Below, in pieces: positions 37,205-46,442 of a stretch of 64,000 nt of DNA. The stretch lies in contig JARCRW010000017.1 in NCBI GenBank assembly GCA_029850515.1, positions 8,591-72,590 of the forward strand, read 5' to 3'. Each line of letters begins with the position of its first letter. Within the stretch, counting starts at the first letter, position 1. The translations under genes and the position numbers were made by a program. The stretch is from Nitrosotalea sp. GTDB lineage: Archaea; Thermoproteota; Nitrososphaeria; Nitrososphaerales; Nitrosopumilaceae. The notes under the pieces were generated by a model. The model was not told where the DNA came from, made no database searches, and saw only the letters and a list, made by a program, of their open reading frames with translations.

Positions 37205-39014
37205 TTCCCATCCTTATTAGTTGGTTATAATTTGGTTCTTTTTTCTTTCCAGCAAGCTCAGTAGCAAATTGTGCAATGAGTGGTACATATTTTGAATAAA
37301 GATTTGCCCGCTTTTTTGCCATGTCCGCGGCCCCTTGTCGTGACATGTGAACAGCTAGCTTTCTTGCCAAGTACTGTAACGCATTCTTTAATTCTCTTTC
37401 AAGCTCGGGTCTATCTGCTACATTTTCTTTTCCTACAGTCTTGTAAGGAATTCTAGTGGAACAAATATGGGATACTATGACAAGGGGTGGATCTCCTTTT
37501 ATTTTATATCTAGTCCATTCAGTTTCGTTAACTATCTTAAGTACCACATCACTTCCCTCATCATACAAGAGCGGTATACGATTTGCAAAACGGTAAACTT
37601 TGAGTCCGTTTGGTGGAATATCTCCGCCATAAGCAATGCCCATTTCAACTACGAAAGGAAATCCAGAATATGCCGATGCATTGCGTTGCCAAACTGCTGC
37701 AAACTCGGGGTTGAAAAACTTCATTATTCCTTTTGAGAGTGGTTCTTCCCCGAGAGGTGCCAAGCAGCTAGGATCAGGTGCAAGAAATTCCTCGAATTTT
37801 TGAAGTGCATCGGCTAGTTTTACCAATTCCTCGTTTGTCATGCTGCCTATTCTTTTGTCTGGCTTGAACTTGGCAAATTCACAGAATTTTTCAGCAGTTG
37901 TAGGTCCGACCCTCTGAAATCGTTTTGTCAAGAATGTGAGAAGGGTATCGCCTTGAACAGTACTTGCAAGTTGTTTGTAATACGGACTCTCTGGGCTTAA
38001 TTCCACTGCATGAGACTGTGATTCGCCAAAGTCCCAATATGTAATAGTTTTATTTGCAACGTCAATATCATCGATCCTAATTTTTTGCAGTCCTTCAAAA
38101 TCAATATTCAGAAATGACATTACGGAAATTACAGTTCTTACGGGTTTTGATATGTCAGACCAGCGTTTCTGTGCACGCTCTAGTATTTCTTTTGGTGATA
38201 GATTTTTTTTCAAGCTCAATTCTTTTTTGACTTTGTCAATCATCTTATTGTCTATGGTTGGAATCTGATAATGTGTATCAGTAATCATTCTTCTAATAGT
38301 CTCAACATCAATACCATGCGGATGAGGTTTGATAACGGTGGGAGGACGCGGCATATCTTTTACAATTCTTGCATAATGGAATTTTTCTCCAGCTGGATCT
38401 TCAAACGTTATCGATGCATAGGGTGTGATCAAAGAAGTTTGATATACGTAATCTCTGATTTTGGATCCTGCTTTTGAGTAATCTCCTTCAAGAACAATAC
38501 TTACTGTAAGACCTGTCTTTGATCCTTCTTTCGTTGTATGTTTTTGTATGACTGGTTTGTTTTTCTGAATGTCAAGCAGCATAACAAACTCATCAAGTGA
38601 TTTTCCATCAGAGCAACTCTTCACAGTCACTGGTTTGTTAGTAGTGATCTGACCATAAAGTATAGCCATCGTAGCTCCAAGGCCAAACATACCTCTTGCT
38701 TGTTTGAGACCAAACTTGGATCCATAAAGAACAGTGCCAAAAGCAAGAGGAATGTGTTCAGGATCAATTCCGGGACCATTATCTTTTACAGTCAAGATGT
38801 AGTGTTTTGGATCTGCTTGTTCAGGATTAACGGCTTTTATCGAGAGGTGAATATCAGGAAGTATTCTCCTGTGGTCACATGCATCAAGTGCATTTTCCAC
38901 AAATTCTCTAACCGAAGTATAAAGCGATCTGGTGGGATTACTAAATCCTGCAAGGTCTCTGTTTCTGTAAAAGAACTCACTTGGGGATATTTGACTAAAG
39001 ACTTCTTTACTCAA
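37182..39014 (-). CDS. top6B: DNA topoisomerase VI subunit B
   Basis: ISPSEFF, EFVENALDA, DNGPG, GSKF...RGMFGLG, RFANRIPL. TTG start 39014 behind GGAGGGTG. Confidence 0.97.
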   Translation of the reverse strand: MSKEVFSQISPSEFFYRNRDLAGFSNPTRSLYTSVREFVENALDACDHRRILPDIHLSIKAVNPEQADPKHYILTVKDNGPGIDPEHIPLAFGTVLYGSKFGLKQARGMFGLGATMAILYGQITTNKPVTVKSCSDGKSLDEFVMLLDIQKNKPVIQKHTTKEGSKTGLTVSIVLEGDYSKAGSKIRDYVYQTSLITPYASITFEDPAGEKFHYARIVKDMPRPPTVIKPHPHGIDVETIRRMITDTHYQIPTIDNKMIDKVKKELSLKKNLSPKEILERAQKRWSDISKPVRTVISVMSFLNIDFEGLQKIRIDDIDVANKTITYWDFGESQSHAVELSPESPYYKQLASTVQGDTLLTFLTKRFQRVGPTTAEKFCEFAKFKPDKRIGSMTNEELVKLADALQKFEEFLAPDPSCLAPLGEEPLSKGIMKFFNPEFAAVWQRNASAYSGFPFVVEMGIAYGGDIPPNGLKVYRFANRIPLLYDEGSDVVLKIVNETEWTRYKIKGDPPLVIVSHICSTRIPYKTVGKENVADRPELERELKNALQYLARKLAVHMSRQGAADMAKKRANLYSKYVPLIAQFATELAGKKKEPNYNQLIRMGSEIEEQV

Positions 39015-39579
39015 GTATGTTTCCACCCTCCCAAAGTTGAAGTTTTTCTAATTTTTGTCTACGTCGTGACTCTTGAAGATCATTGTAAACTTTTCCATGG
39101 GTGCTACCACTTGAAATAGACGTTATTGCGTTTACAGCAGATTTTAACTGTGTTCCATCTCCAATTATGGCAACAGTTCTACCATAAACAGATACTTTGG
39201 CACCGCTTAGGTCTTCGATGTTTTTCCTAACACGACCACCTTCACCTATTATTCTGCTCTTTATCCTCTCAATTTGAGCAGGAGACTTGCCAGCAAATTG
39301 GCGCAGATCCATGATATGCAAGGAGGTTTCCTCCTGAACAAGACGCATTGCATTCTCTGCTGAGAACCCACGACCTATGGCCATTACAATTTCTTCAGCC
39401 TTAAATGGCATTATATTTTCAACGTCACCCACTCCCTTTATGACTGTCTCGCCTGTTTGACTGTCAATGGTTAATGAGACAGAGCAAATTTTTTCTATTT
39501 TGGCTTTTATCTTTCCAGATTTTCCAATCAATACACCAACACGATCAACTGGAATTAGTATGATTTTCTCAAAGATCAT
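39007..39579 (-). CDS. KH-domain RNA-processing protein (Dim2/Pno1 family)
   Basis: VLIGKSG, AIGRGFS, RIIGEGG, HGKVY; next to RIO1. Confidence 0.92.
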   Translation of the reverse strand: MIFEKIILIPVDRVGVLIGKSGKIKAKIEKICSVSLTIDSQTGETVIKGVGDVENIMPFKAEEIVMAIGRGFSAENAMRLVQEETSLHIMDLRQFAGKSPAQIERIKSRIIGEGGRVRKNIEDLSGAKVSVYGRTVAIIGDGTQLKSAVNAITSISSGSTHGKVYNDLQESRRRQKLEKLQLWEGGNILE

Positions 39580-40460
39580 TTTGTAACCCTCTCAAATACA
39601 TCAATTGGATTGTCCACCGTAAGTCCTCTCTTAACAAAGAATTTGGTAATATTACTAATATCTCTTTCAAGAAATTCTTTTGTTTTAGGATGTCTTATAT
39701 CTACTGCCGAGCCAAAATCAAAAACCACCGGTCCGTTTTCTGTCTTGAAAATATTATATTCTGAAAGATCAGCGTGTACCAGTTCTGCTTTTCGATATAG
39801 ATCAGAAATGATTTCTATCGTCTTTTCATAGTCGGTGTAATCCACTTCAGATTCAACCAACGTAGGTGATGGAACACCATTAGATCCTATAAATTTCATT
39901 ACTAGAATATTTTTTACCACGGTGATTGGTTCTGGACATGGTATTCCAGTGTTAAAAGACTTGCTTAAATTGCGGAATTCTTTTTTTGCCCACAACTCTA
40001 CAAGAGATCTGGTTCCTTTTTTTATTCGTGTAAATCGCGGATCACCTATAAGATAAGGATAACGTTTCTTAAAGTTAGATGTAGTGACAAGATAAATTTT
40101 TACAGCAAGATCTTGACCAGACGGATCAACTGCCCAGTACATTTGAGATTCTTTTCCCGCACCTACTGCACCGTTGACATATGAGATGATGCCATTGTTT
40201 ATCATTCGTGAGAGAAGCATCACGGTTGATTTATCAAATACTGCTTCGAGCACTTTGTCTTTATCAAATATTCCCTTCTCGGTTTTTCTTGCCCTCTCTT
40301 TTCCGGCAAGTCTAAGGTTCATCTTTTTTGCAAGTTTGTCTTGCAATCCTAAATCAGATTCTTCAGGGCTTGAATCTTCAGATTCATCATTTGATTCCAA
40401 CGAGTCTAGGTTATTTTCCTCTTGGACTTCATTGAACTCATCTACAGAATCTTCACTCAT
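39576..40460 (-). CDS. rio1: RIO1 family Ser/Thr kinase
   Basis: GAGKES, AVKIY, WAKKEFRNL, LVHADLSEYNI, FDFGSAV. Confidence 0.94.
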   Translation of the reverse strand: MSEDSVDEFNEVQEENNLDSLESNDESEDSSPEESDLGLQDKLAKKMNLRLAGKERARKTEKGIFDKDKVLEAVFDKSTVMLLSRMINNGIISYVNGAVGAGKESQMYWAVDPSGQDLAVKIYLVTTSNFKKRYPYLIGDPRFTRIKKGTRSLVELWAKKEFRNLSKSFNTGIPCPEPITVVKNILVMKFIGSNGVPSPTLVESEVDYTDYEKTIEIISDLYRKAELVHADLSEYNIFKTENGPVVFDFGSAVDIRHPKTKEFLERDISNITKFFVKRGLTVDNPIDVFERVTK

Positions 40461-40521
40461 ACTGATTTTGCTCCTAGTAACAATACAGTTTGTAATACAA
40501 ACCTTGTAAAATCGATTGCTG

Positions 40522-40833
40522 TCAGAAATCTTGCGGCAATAGTCCCTTTTGTTTTAACATCTCAACTTGTGACAGGGTATATCTCCAAGTAATATCTCCG
40601 CGATCATCAGATTTGAAATCCCATGGAGCAATTGTTACAACATCATTATCCCTTATCCAGATTTTTCTCTTTAGTTTTCCTCTAATTCTGCCCATTCTTG
40701 TCTTGTCATCAGTACATCTTACAAGTATATGATCACTGCCCAAAAGTTTTACAACTCTTCCTAATAGTTCACCTTCGCCAGGCAACTGCATTTCCTTCAA
40801 TTCACTTTCGTTTAGTACTTTTCGCTTACCCAA
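40522..40833 (-). CDS. eif1a: Translation initiation factor aIF-1A
   Basis: LGSDHILVRC...RIRGKLKRKIWIR-x2-DVV...WRY. Start set at TTG 40833. Confidence 0.95.
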   Translation of the reverse strand: MGKRKVLNESELKEMQLPGEGELLGRVVKLLGSDHILVRCTDDKTRMGRIRGKLKRKIWIRDNDVVTIAPWDFKSDDRGDITWRYTLSQVEMLKQKGLLPQDF

Positions 40834-40880
40834 AATTCTCAGACAATAATGCATTCAGTATGTATATAATCGTTGTATTT

Positions 40881-41177
40881 TCAAAATTTGAAAACAATGA
40901 GGAAAGGAACTCCCTCAATTTCTTTTACACCTTTTGCAGATCCTATCCCTATTTTTATTGAAAGATCAATTGTTTTTTTACCAACCATGTTTATTATTGA
41001 AGAAGTTCGTAGAAGAGATTCTGCCTCTTTTTCGTCAACTATACGGTCTCCATAGTAACTCTTGGTAATGGTTACATCTAGATCAGATTGCCTAACTGTT
41101 CTACCAACTAATTCGGCATCACAGATATTTAGCAGCCTATTGTTCTTTTGATTCACTATCTTAACTGCAAAATTCAT
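40881..41177 (-). CDS. DUF424 family protein
   Basis: LLNICDAELVG, YYG, IINMVG; conserved position between aIF-2b and aIF-1A. Confidence 0.88.
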   Translation of the reverse strand: MNFAVKIVNQKNNRLLNICDAELVGRTVRQSDLDVTITKSYYGDRIVDEKEAESLLRTSSIINMVGKKTIDLSIKIGIGSAKGVKEIEGVPFLIVFKF

Positions 41178-41600
41178 TTACGCATATTGACCCTTTAAGG
41201 GTGATCTTGCTCCACATGCTTCACACTTGAGAAGGGTCACCCTGTTTTCTTTTTCAACCCGGGTATCTGGACTTTTACAAGTTGGGCATTCAACATATTC
41301 CTTGAGATATCTATTCAAAAGTGCTGAAAATTCATGAGGATCTTTTTTGCCTACAAAGACTGCTTTGTCGCCTCCAAACTGTGCAGGAGTTGCAAACTCT
41401 TTTGATAGATATTGTAAAAGCTTTTCAGGATCTCTTCGCAGTATTTTTGGAAATTCTGAAAAATTTCTGAAAAATGTTCTATTTCCTTGCCACATGATAT
41501 CTACTTTGGGAAGTTCAAATCTTGATGTAGAGCTAGTCTTGGTCTGAGATACTTTATCCTGAATATTCTTTAGTAATTTTTCATATTCGGCTTTTGTCAA
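41178..41600 (-). CDS. eif2b: Translation initiation factor aIF-2 beta subunit
   Basis: RFELP, YLSKEFAT, YVECPTCKSPDT...CEACGA Zn finger. Confidence 0.95.
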   Translation of the reverse strand: MTKAEYEKLLKNIQDKVSQTKTSSTSRFELPKVDIMWQGNRTFFRNFSEFPKILRRDPEKLLQYLSKEFATPAQFGGDKAVFVGKKDPHEFSALLNRYLKEYVECPTCKSPDTRVEKENRVTLLKCEACGARSPLKGQYA

Positions 41601-41761
41601 CTATTCCAGTATGAGAATCGCCACCTATATGGATTTACATGATAAATTTGCCACTTGACACGCATAATGCATGATTAGTCATGAAGACTTGCTCTAAAAT
41701 TGCTAATTCTATTTTTTAGTGAAAATATAATGTATTTTTACAAATTTGTGTCAATTGTATA

Positions 41762-42136
41762 CTAGCCTCTAAATTTTGGCGTACCCTTGGGTTCAGGCAA
41801 GACTTGCCTAGAATGAGTTTTGTTTACCAGCCCTCTAAATACACCCGTCATCATTTCGAGTTCTTTTTTTCTATCCCTCATATCTTGTGTCCCTTTAAAT
41901 AATTCAATTAGCATTTTAGCGTTTAGTTCAAGATCCATGTCTTCAAGGAACTTTGCTCCACCTCTTATTACATCAGCAGCGTTGACCATCCTTTCTATAG
42001 CATCCAGATCAGTCGGGTTTTTTTCTAGTTTTTGTAGACAATTAAAGACAAGTTTAGTCAATCTTGAGCATTCTTCAAGGAACAGGTTTTTGTGCATCTC
42101 AATGAGAGCCATGCCATAGTACCGTACTTTCCCCAT
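41762..42136 (-). CDS. Stand-alone CheA-P1/Hpt-like four-helix protein with Asp at the phospho-His position
   Basis: FLEEC...LQKLEKNPTDLDAIERMVNAADVIRGGAKFL aligns without gaps to the CheA P1 pattern LEKNPED-x3-I-x5-A-x-H-x-LKG. Confidence 0.72.
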   Translation of the reverse strand: MGKVRYYGMALIEMHKNLFLEECSRLTKLVFNCLQKLEKNPTDLDAIERMVNAADVIRGGAKFLEDMDLELNAKMLIELFKGTQDMRDRKKELEMMTGVFRGLVNKTHSRQVLPEPKGTPKFRG

Positions 42137-42243
42137 TTAAGGTGATCGTCAAGTAAAAATTCCCCTATATAGATAACAACATAATTTAGTACCATAATAG
42201 TTCTACCAAGAACTTATCCATACGTCCCGGACATAATAATCAA

Positions 42244-42405
42244 TTGCCGCGAAAAGAATACAAAACAATCACAGTAAAATCAGAGGCTTTTCAGAAATTT
42301 GTAAAGGCCATAAGAGATGCAAAAAAGAATGATCCCTCCATGGATAATAGTACATTTCTAAATTCACTCATAACTAAATACCAGAAAAACAGGAGATCGT
42401 CCTGA
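42244..42405 (+). CDS. 53-aa RHH-like DNA-binding microprotein (not in ORF track)
   Basis: Hand translation from TTG: MPRKEYKTITVKSEAFQKFVKAIRDAKKNDPSMDNSTFLNSLITKYQKNRRSS; ribbon KTITVK plus two helices. Confidence 0.68.
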   Translation: MPRKEYKTITVKSEAFQKFVKAIRDAKKNDPSMDNSTFLNSLITKYQKNRRSS

Positions 42406-42431
42406 TTGAGGATAGATGATTCTGTTACGTC

Positions 42432-42758
42432 ATGGCCAAAATAAAGATAAACATGTCAATTGGCGAACTAATGATCGAATTTACTGATACATCAGACTTG
42501 GAAAATCAATTAAAAAACATTGATCTTTCCGAGATAGAATCACTGCTTTCAAGAAAAATTCATTGTCATCCACATACAAAAGAATCCATACATGTAACCC
42601 CAAGAGAGGCACAAATTGTAGAAGAACTTGGTACCGTGAATCTATTGAAGGTATCAGAGGGAGGTCAAGATGCTACAAAACTTGCCATATTCTTGTCTGC
42701 AAATAAAATGAATTCGGAAGACGTCAAAAAGATAACAGGTATAACAATACGGAGTTGA
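42432..42758 (+). CDS. Hypothetical protein
   Basis: 108-aa ORF, coding-like, follows the RHH gene. Confidence 0.65.
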   Translation: MAKIKINMSIGELMIEFTDTSDLENQLKNIDLSEIESLLSRKIHCHPHTKESIHVTPREAQIVEELGTVNLLKVSEGGQDATKLAIFLSANKMNSEDVKKITGITIRS

Positions 42759-42762
42759 TAAT

Positions 42763-42996
42763 ATGTCAATAATAGAAAACCAAAACATCCCATCACTTTT
42801 AGAAATGTGGGAGTTCATTGGTAAAAATCTGAATCCAGTTGGAATGACACCAGACAAGGCAAGTTTGGATCATATGCAGATTTTTAGACTGTATGTAGAA
42901 TTGCGAAATTTAGATAAAACATTCAGAGATTCAATACAGGTACATGTGTTAAGAAATGAATTGGCATATTCTTTGTTATCTACCTTGGTAAATTAG
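42763..42996 (+). CDS. Hypothetical protein
   Basis: 77-aa ORF starting 4 nt after the upstream stop. Confidence 0.5.
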   Translation: MSIIENQNIPSLLEMWEFIGKNLNPVGMTPDKASLDHMQIFRLYVELRNLDKTFRDSIQVHVLRNELAYSLLSTLVN

Positions 42997-43080
42997 AGTA
43001 TGACGTATCATAATTAAAAAATATAGAGTTACCGACCAAGTCCTTGTAACCAATAAGACTTTCATCTTAATTCCTTAAAT

Positions 43081-43102
43081 GTGTATAACTAGGAGTATAC
43101 AC
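43081..43102. promoter_or_regulatory. Inverted repeat enclosing the SD of the PAS kinase gene
   Basis: GTGTATA-actAGGAG-TATACAC, perfect 7-bp arms, ending just before GTG 43104. Confidence 0.4.
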
Positions 43103-43103
43103 G

Positions 43104-44231
43104 GTGGCAAAAAACGAGAACGAGTCTTATAATTACAAGGAAGAGGATCTCAACATCCTGTTAGAACGCTATGAAAAAATGTCAGAAAAATACAGAAATT
43201 TATATGATAACTCGCCAGATCTTTATAGAACAATCAATATCGATGGCATCATTTTAGATTGCAACAAGACCTATGCAAGCAAACTAGGATACAAAAAAGA
43301 AGAGATCATTGGCAAAACAATTTTTGAGCACGTGTCAGAAAACAGTCAGAAACTATTACAAGATGCATATAACACGTGGAAAACTACAGGGATTGTATCA
43401 AGTAGAGAGATATGGTTAAGACGAAAAGACCAAACAATATTTCCAGTTTTGCTCAGCGCTACCAGTCTATACGGTAACGATGGTATGCTTGTAGGAAGTA
43501 ATACTACGATAAAGGATATGACTGAGATCTATAACGCAAAAAAAGAAATTGAAGAACACAAACTAAAAAATCTCAATGTCATAGGAGATCTCTCCGCTAG
43601 AATATCACATGATTTTAGAAATCCCATATCAATAATCAGAAATAGTCTAGAACTAATGAAGATGCAAAACCATGATCTCAGTGAGAAAAACAAGAATCAC
43701 ATATTGATGATGGAGCGGGCCATTGCCAGAATATCTCACCAGTTAGAAGAGGTTTTAGACTATGTCTTGCCAAGACCACTGGATCTTCAGATCCATTCAT
43801 TATGTAATATCATAGAGGCTGCAATCTCCAAGATAGACTTTGGAAAAGTAGTGTTGAGCGTTCCAAAAGAGGATCATATCATAGTATGCGATGGAGCAAA
43901 AATTGAGATTGTTCTTACTAACCTCATACTAAATGCGGTTCAAGCTATGGAGAAAAAAGGTAACATATTTGTAAAAATCAATGACATGGCAGATTCCATC
44001 ACAATAGAAGTGGAAGACACTGGTCATGGCATACCAAAACATCTGATAGAAAAAATGTTTGAGCCCCTATTTACGACAAGACAGATTGGAACAGGTTTAG
44101 GGTTGGTCAGCTGCAAGAGCATCATAGAAAAACACAATGGAACAATCAACATACGCACTCAGATTGGAAAGGGAACTACATTCATCATAAAACTACCAAA
44201 ACTCCAACCACTCAAGACTCCCGAGTTGTAG
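43104..44231 (+). CDS. Cytoplasmic PAS-domain sensor histidine kinase
   Basis: PAS (YRNLYDNSPD...GIILDCN...LGY), HisKA SHDFRNP, N box NLILNAVQA, DTGHG, FEPLFTT, GTGLGL, GTTF. Confidence 0.95.
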   Translation: MAKNENESYNYKEEDLNILLERYEKMSEKYRNLYDNSPDLYRTINIDGIILDCNKTYASKLGYKKEEIIGKTIFEHVSENSQKLLQDAYNTWKTTGIVSSREIWLRRKDQTIFPVLLSATSLYGNDGMLVGSNTTIKDMTEIYNAKKEIEEHKLKNLNVIGDLSARISHDFRNPISIIRNSLELMKMQNHDLSEKNKNHILMMERAIARISHQLEEVLDYVLPRPLDLQIHSLCNIIEAAISKIDFGKVVLSVPKEDHIIVCDGAKIEIVLTNLILNAVQAMEKKGNIFVKINDMADSITIEVEDTGHGIPKHLIEKMFEPLFTTRQIGTGLGLVSCKSIIEKHNGTINIRTQIGKGTTFIIKLPKLQPLKTPEL

Positions 44232-44283
44232 GGAACGTATTGGGATTTCTTTTGGCTACATTTAGAAAAAGAAGAAAAATGTA

Positions 44284-44427
44284 CTAAGGCTTTCCTATTC
44301 GGAAGACATTAGTACCACATTTTGGGCACACGCCCTTGACCGCAGGTCGTCCGTTCTTTAGCTTAACTTCCTTTGGGTTTGAGATATCGACTTTTTTTCT
44401 GCATTTTACGCAGTATGCTTGAGTCAT
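44284..44427 (-). CDS. DUF5679-type 47-aa zinc-ribbon protein (not in ORF track)
   Basis: Hand translation MTQAYCVKCRKKVDISNPKEVKLKNGRPAVKGVCPKCGTNVFRIGKP. Confidence 0.88.
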   Translation of the reverse strand: MTQAYCVKCRKKVDISNPKEVKLKNGRPAVKGVCPKCGTNVFRIGKP

Positions 44428-44680
44428 TTCAACTTCTTACGAATGAAGTGGTATATAGCAAGACGCTGTAAAAATTATTTCACTATACACTAGAGGGTGT
44501 TAAATTTTTACATGGTCTAATTCAGATCATAGATCCAGTTTTTACATAAAAATATGTGTTTTTATGATATTTCTTATGAGTAAAGGATTCAACGCCATGA
44601 AATTAACAAATTGACCAGAAGAATAATCAAATTGTTGAATGTAGGTATGCTTTTAAAAGCCCCAAAAAAGACTCATCTGA

Positions 44681-45178
44681 ATGGCAACTAAAAAAGGTCT
44701 CATCATCACCATTATCACATTAGCAGTCATTTCAGGAGCAAGTTTTGTAGTATGGTTCCTCCCACAAAACCATGGATCTTTGTTTGTGGTTTCAGACTAC
44801 AAAAGCGAGTTGGATAGTGTGAAAGAGAGGTATTCTCTCATCTCTGTAGATATGGAATCAAACCTAAATGGATTGTTAGACAAGACAGTGTCTCCGGATA
44901 ATTTTACAAGCCAGGCCCAAATCTCATCGTCTCAGATTACTTCATTGATAACTGAGGTGGTGGAGAGTAACCCACCGGCAGAGTGGAAACACAGCTATGG
45001 TGCATATTATGAATCCCTCAAAAAGTATAACGATTACTTGGCTGAGACAATATCTCTTGCAAACAAGATCAAGGGAGAAGCATCCTCAAGTGATATCAGT
45101 GATGAGATATCAAAGCTTGACTCTCTCAAGAAAGAGTCAGACTCTTTAGCATCAGATTCAAATCAGACTCGTCCATAA
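44681..45178 (+). CDS. Membrane-anchored helical-bundle hypothetical protein
   Basis: N-terminal TM helix, helical extracellular region. Confidence 0.75.
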   Translation: MATKKGLIITIITLAVISGASFVVWFLPQNHGSLFVVSDYKSELDSVKERYSLISVDMESNLNGLLDKTVSPDNFTSQAQISSSQITSLITEVVESNPPAEWKHSYGAYYESLKKYNDYLAETISLANKIKGEASSSDISDEISKLDSLKKESDSLASDSNQTRP

Positions 45179-45279
45179 AATTGTCAGAAAATACACGATT
45201 AGAGTCAGACATCTTGAAATATTTGTAAAATCGGTAGAAACTACATTAATTAATAGGAAATGCTATTTTCGTCTATACC

Positions 45280-46425
45280 ATGTCAACAAAAGAGGCTAGT
45301 TTGCAAAGCGGAACAGCGGAGACAAAGACTAGCCGACTCTTGGTAATTTGTGTTGACAGAGATGACGATATTGGAAGCAAGGCAGGTGTTATTACTCCAG
45401 TGGTTGGACGTAATGCGTGCATAGAAGCAGCCCAACGACTTGCACTAGAAGATCCAGAAGATGCAGATTCTAATTCAATTTTTGCGGCTGTGAAAACATT
45501 TGAGGACTTGACAAGCAAAGGATATCAGGCAGAGGTTGCACTTGTTTCAGGCACACAACATAAAGGGGTACAAGGAGATGAAAAAATTGTTTCCCAAGTT
45601 AAGGCGATTACAATGAAATTTGCGGCAAATGGAGCAGTCATAGTATCAGATGGAGAGGATGATGAAAGTGTCATACCAATAATTCAAAATGTTTTGCCCA
45701 TAGTTTCTGTAAAAAGAGTGGTAATGCGTGCAAGCAGATCAGTTGAATATTCTTATGCTGTTTTAGGAAGATACCTCAAGACAATTGCGTTTGATTCAAA
45801 ATATTCCAAGTTCTTTTTAGGCGTTCCCGGAATGCTTTTGCTGATAGGAGGAGTAGCAACTGTTCTTGGGTTAACCCGAGAAATATTTGCAGTCCTAGTA
45901 AGCATTTTGGGAGGAGCATTTCTAATAAGAGCATTCGATATTGACAGAGCTTGGACAAATTGGAACAAGCCTACACCGGGAGGGTTCATACGAACATTTA
46001 CGCTGGTGGCAGGAATTGTAATGATTCTCGCATCATTTACAGCTGGCATTGGCTCTGCAGTACCTGGCATCGCTACAAAACCTGATAGTATTTTGAAATT
46101 AGTTTTAAATCAACAAACAACTGGACTCTTCATATCAGGAATGTTGCCTTTCCTTTGGATGGGAATAGGATGCATTTTCGGAGGCTCGTTGTTAAGTAGT
46201 TGGTTCAAGGGAAGCATCAGATCAATTACAGACATACTAAGACTTATTGTACTAGTCACACTATATCCAGTTGTTTCCCAATTTACTACAATCATGGTAA
46301 AAGGAGAAAGTCCATTCACTCTCATTCCACCGTTACTAATCGGTCTTGCAGTAATACTGATATCAGCATCCTTACTCTTCCATAAATATAGAAAGAAGAA
46401 GGGTGGCGAAGTACTATCAGAATAA
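45280..46425 (+). CDS. DUF373 family membrane protein
   Basis: LLVICVDRDDDIG, DPEDADSN, VSDGEDDE, VVMRASRSVE, several C-terminal TM helices. Confidence 0.9.
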   Translation: MSTKEASLQSGTAETKTSRLLVICVDRDDDIGSKAGVITPVVGRNACIEAAQRLALEDPEDADSNSIFAAVKTFEDLTSKGYQAEVALVSGTQHKGVQGDEKIVSQVKAITMKFAANGAVIVSDGEDDESVIPIIQNVLPIVSVKRVVMRASRSVEYSYAVLGRYLKTIAFDSKYSKFFLGVPGMLLLIGGVATVLGLTREIFAVLVSILGGAFLIRAFDIDRAWTNWNKPTPGGFIRTFTLVAGIVMILASFTAGIGSAVPGIATKPDSILKLVLNQQTTGLFISGMLPFLWMGIGCIFGGSLLSSWFKGSIRSITDILRLIVLVTLYPVVSQFTTIMVKGESPFTLIPPLLIGLAVILISASLLFHKYRKKKGGEVLSE

Positions 46426-46442
46426 AAGATAAAGTTCTCAAC

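Noticed and set aside
37955-38275. Intein in Top6B
   Set aside because: No intein N-terminal Cys/Ser block, no C-terminal His-Asn followed by C/S/T, no LAGLIDADG motif.
42432-42996. Frameshifted single gene spanning the 42432 and 42763 ORFs
   Set aside because: No slippery site or recognisable domain continuity across the junction; cannot be supported without homologue alignment.
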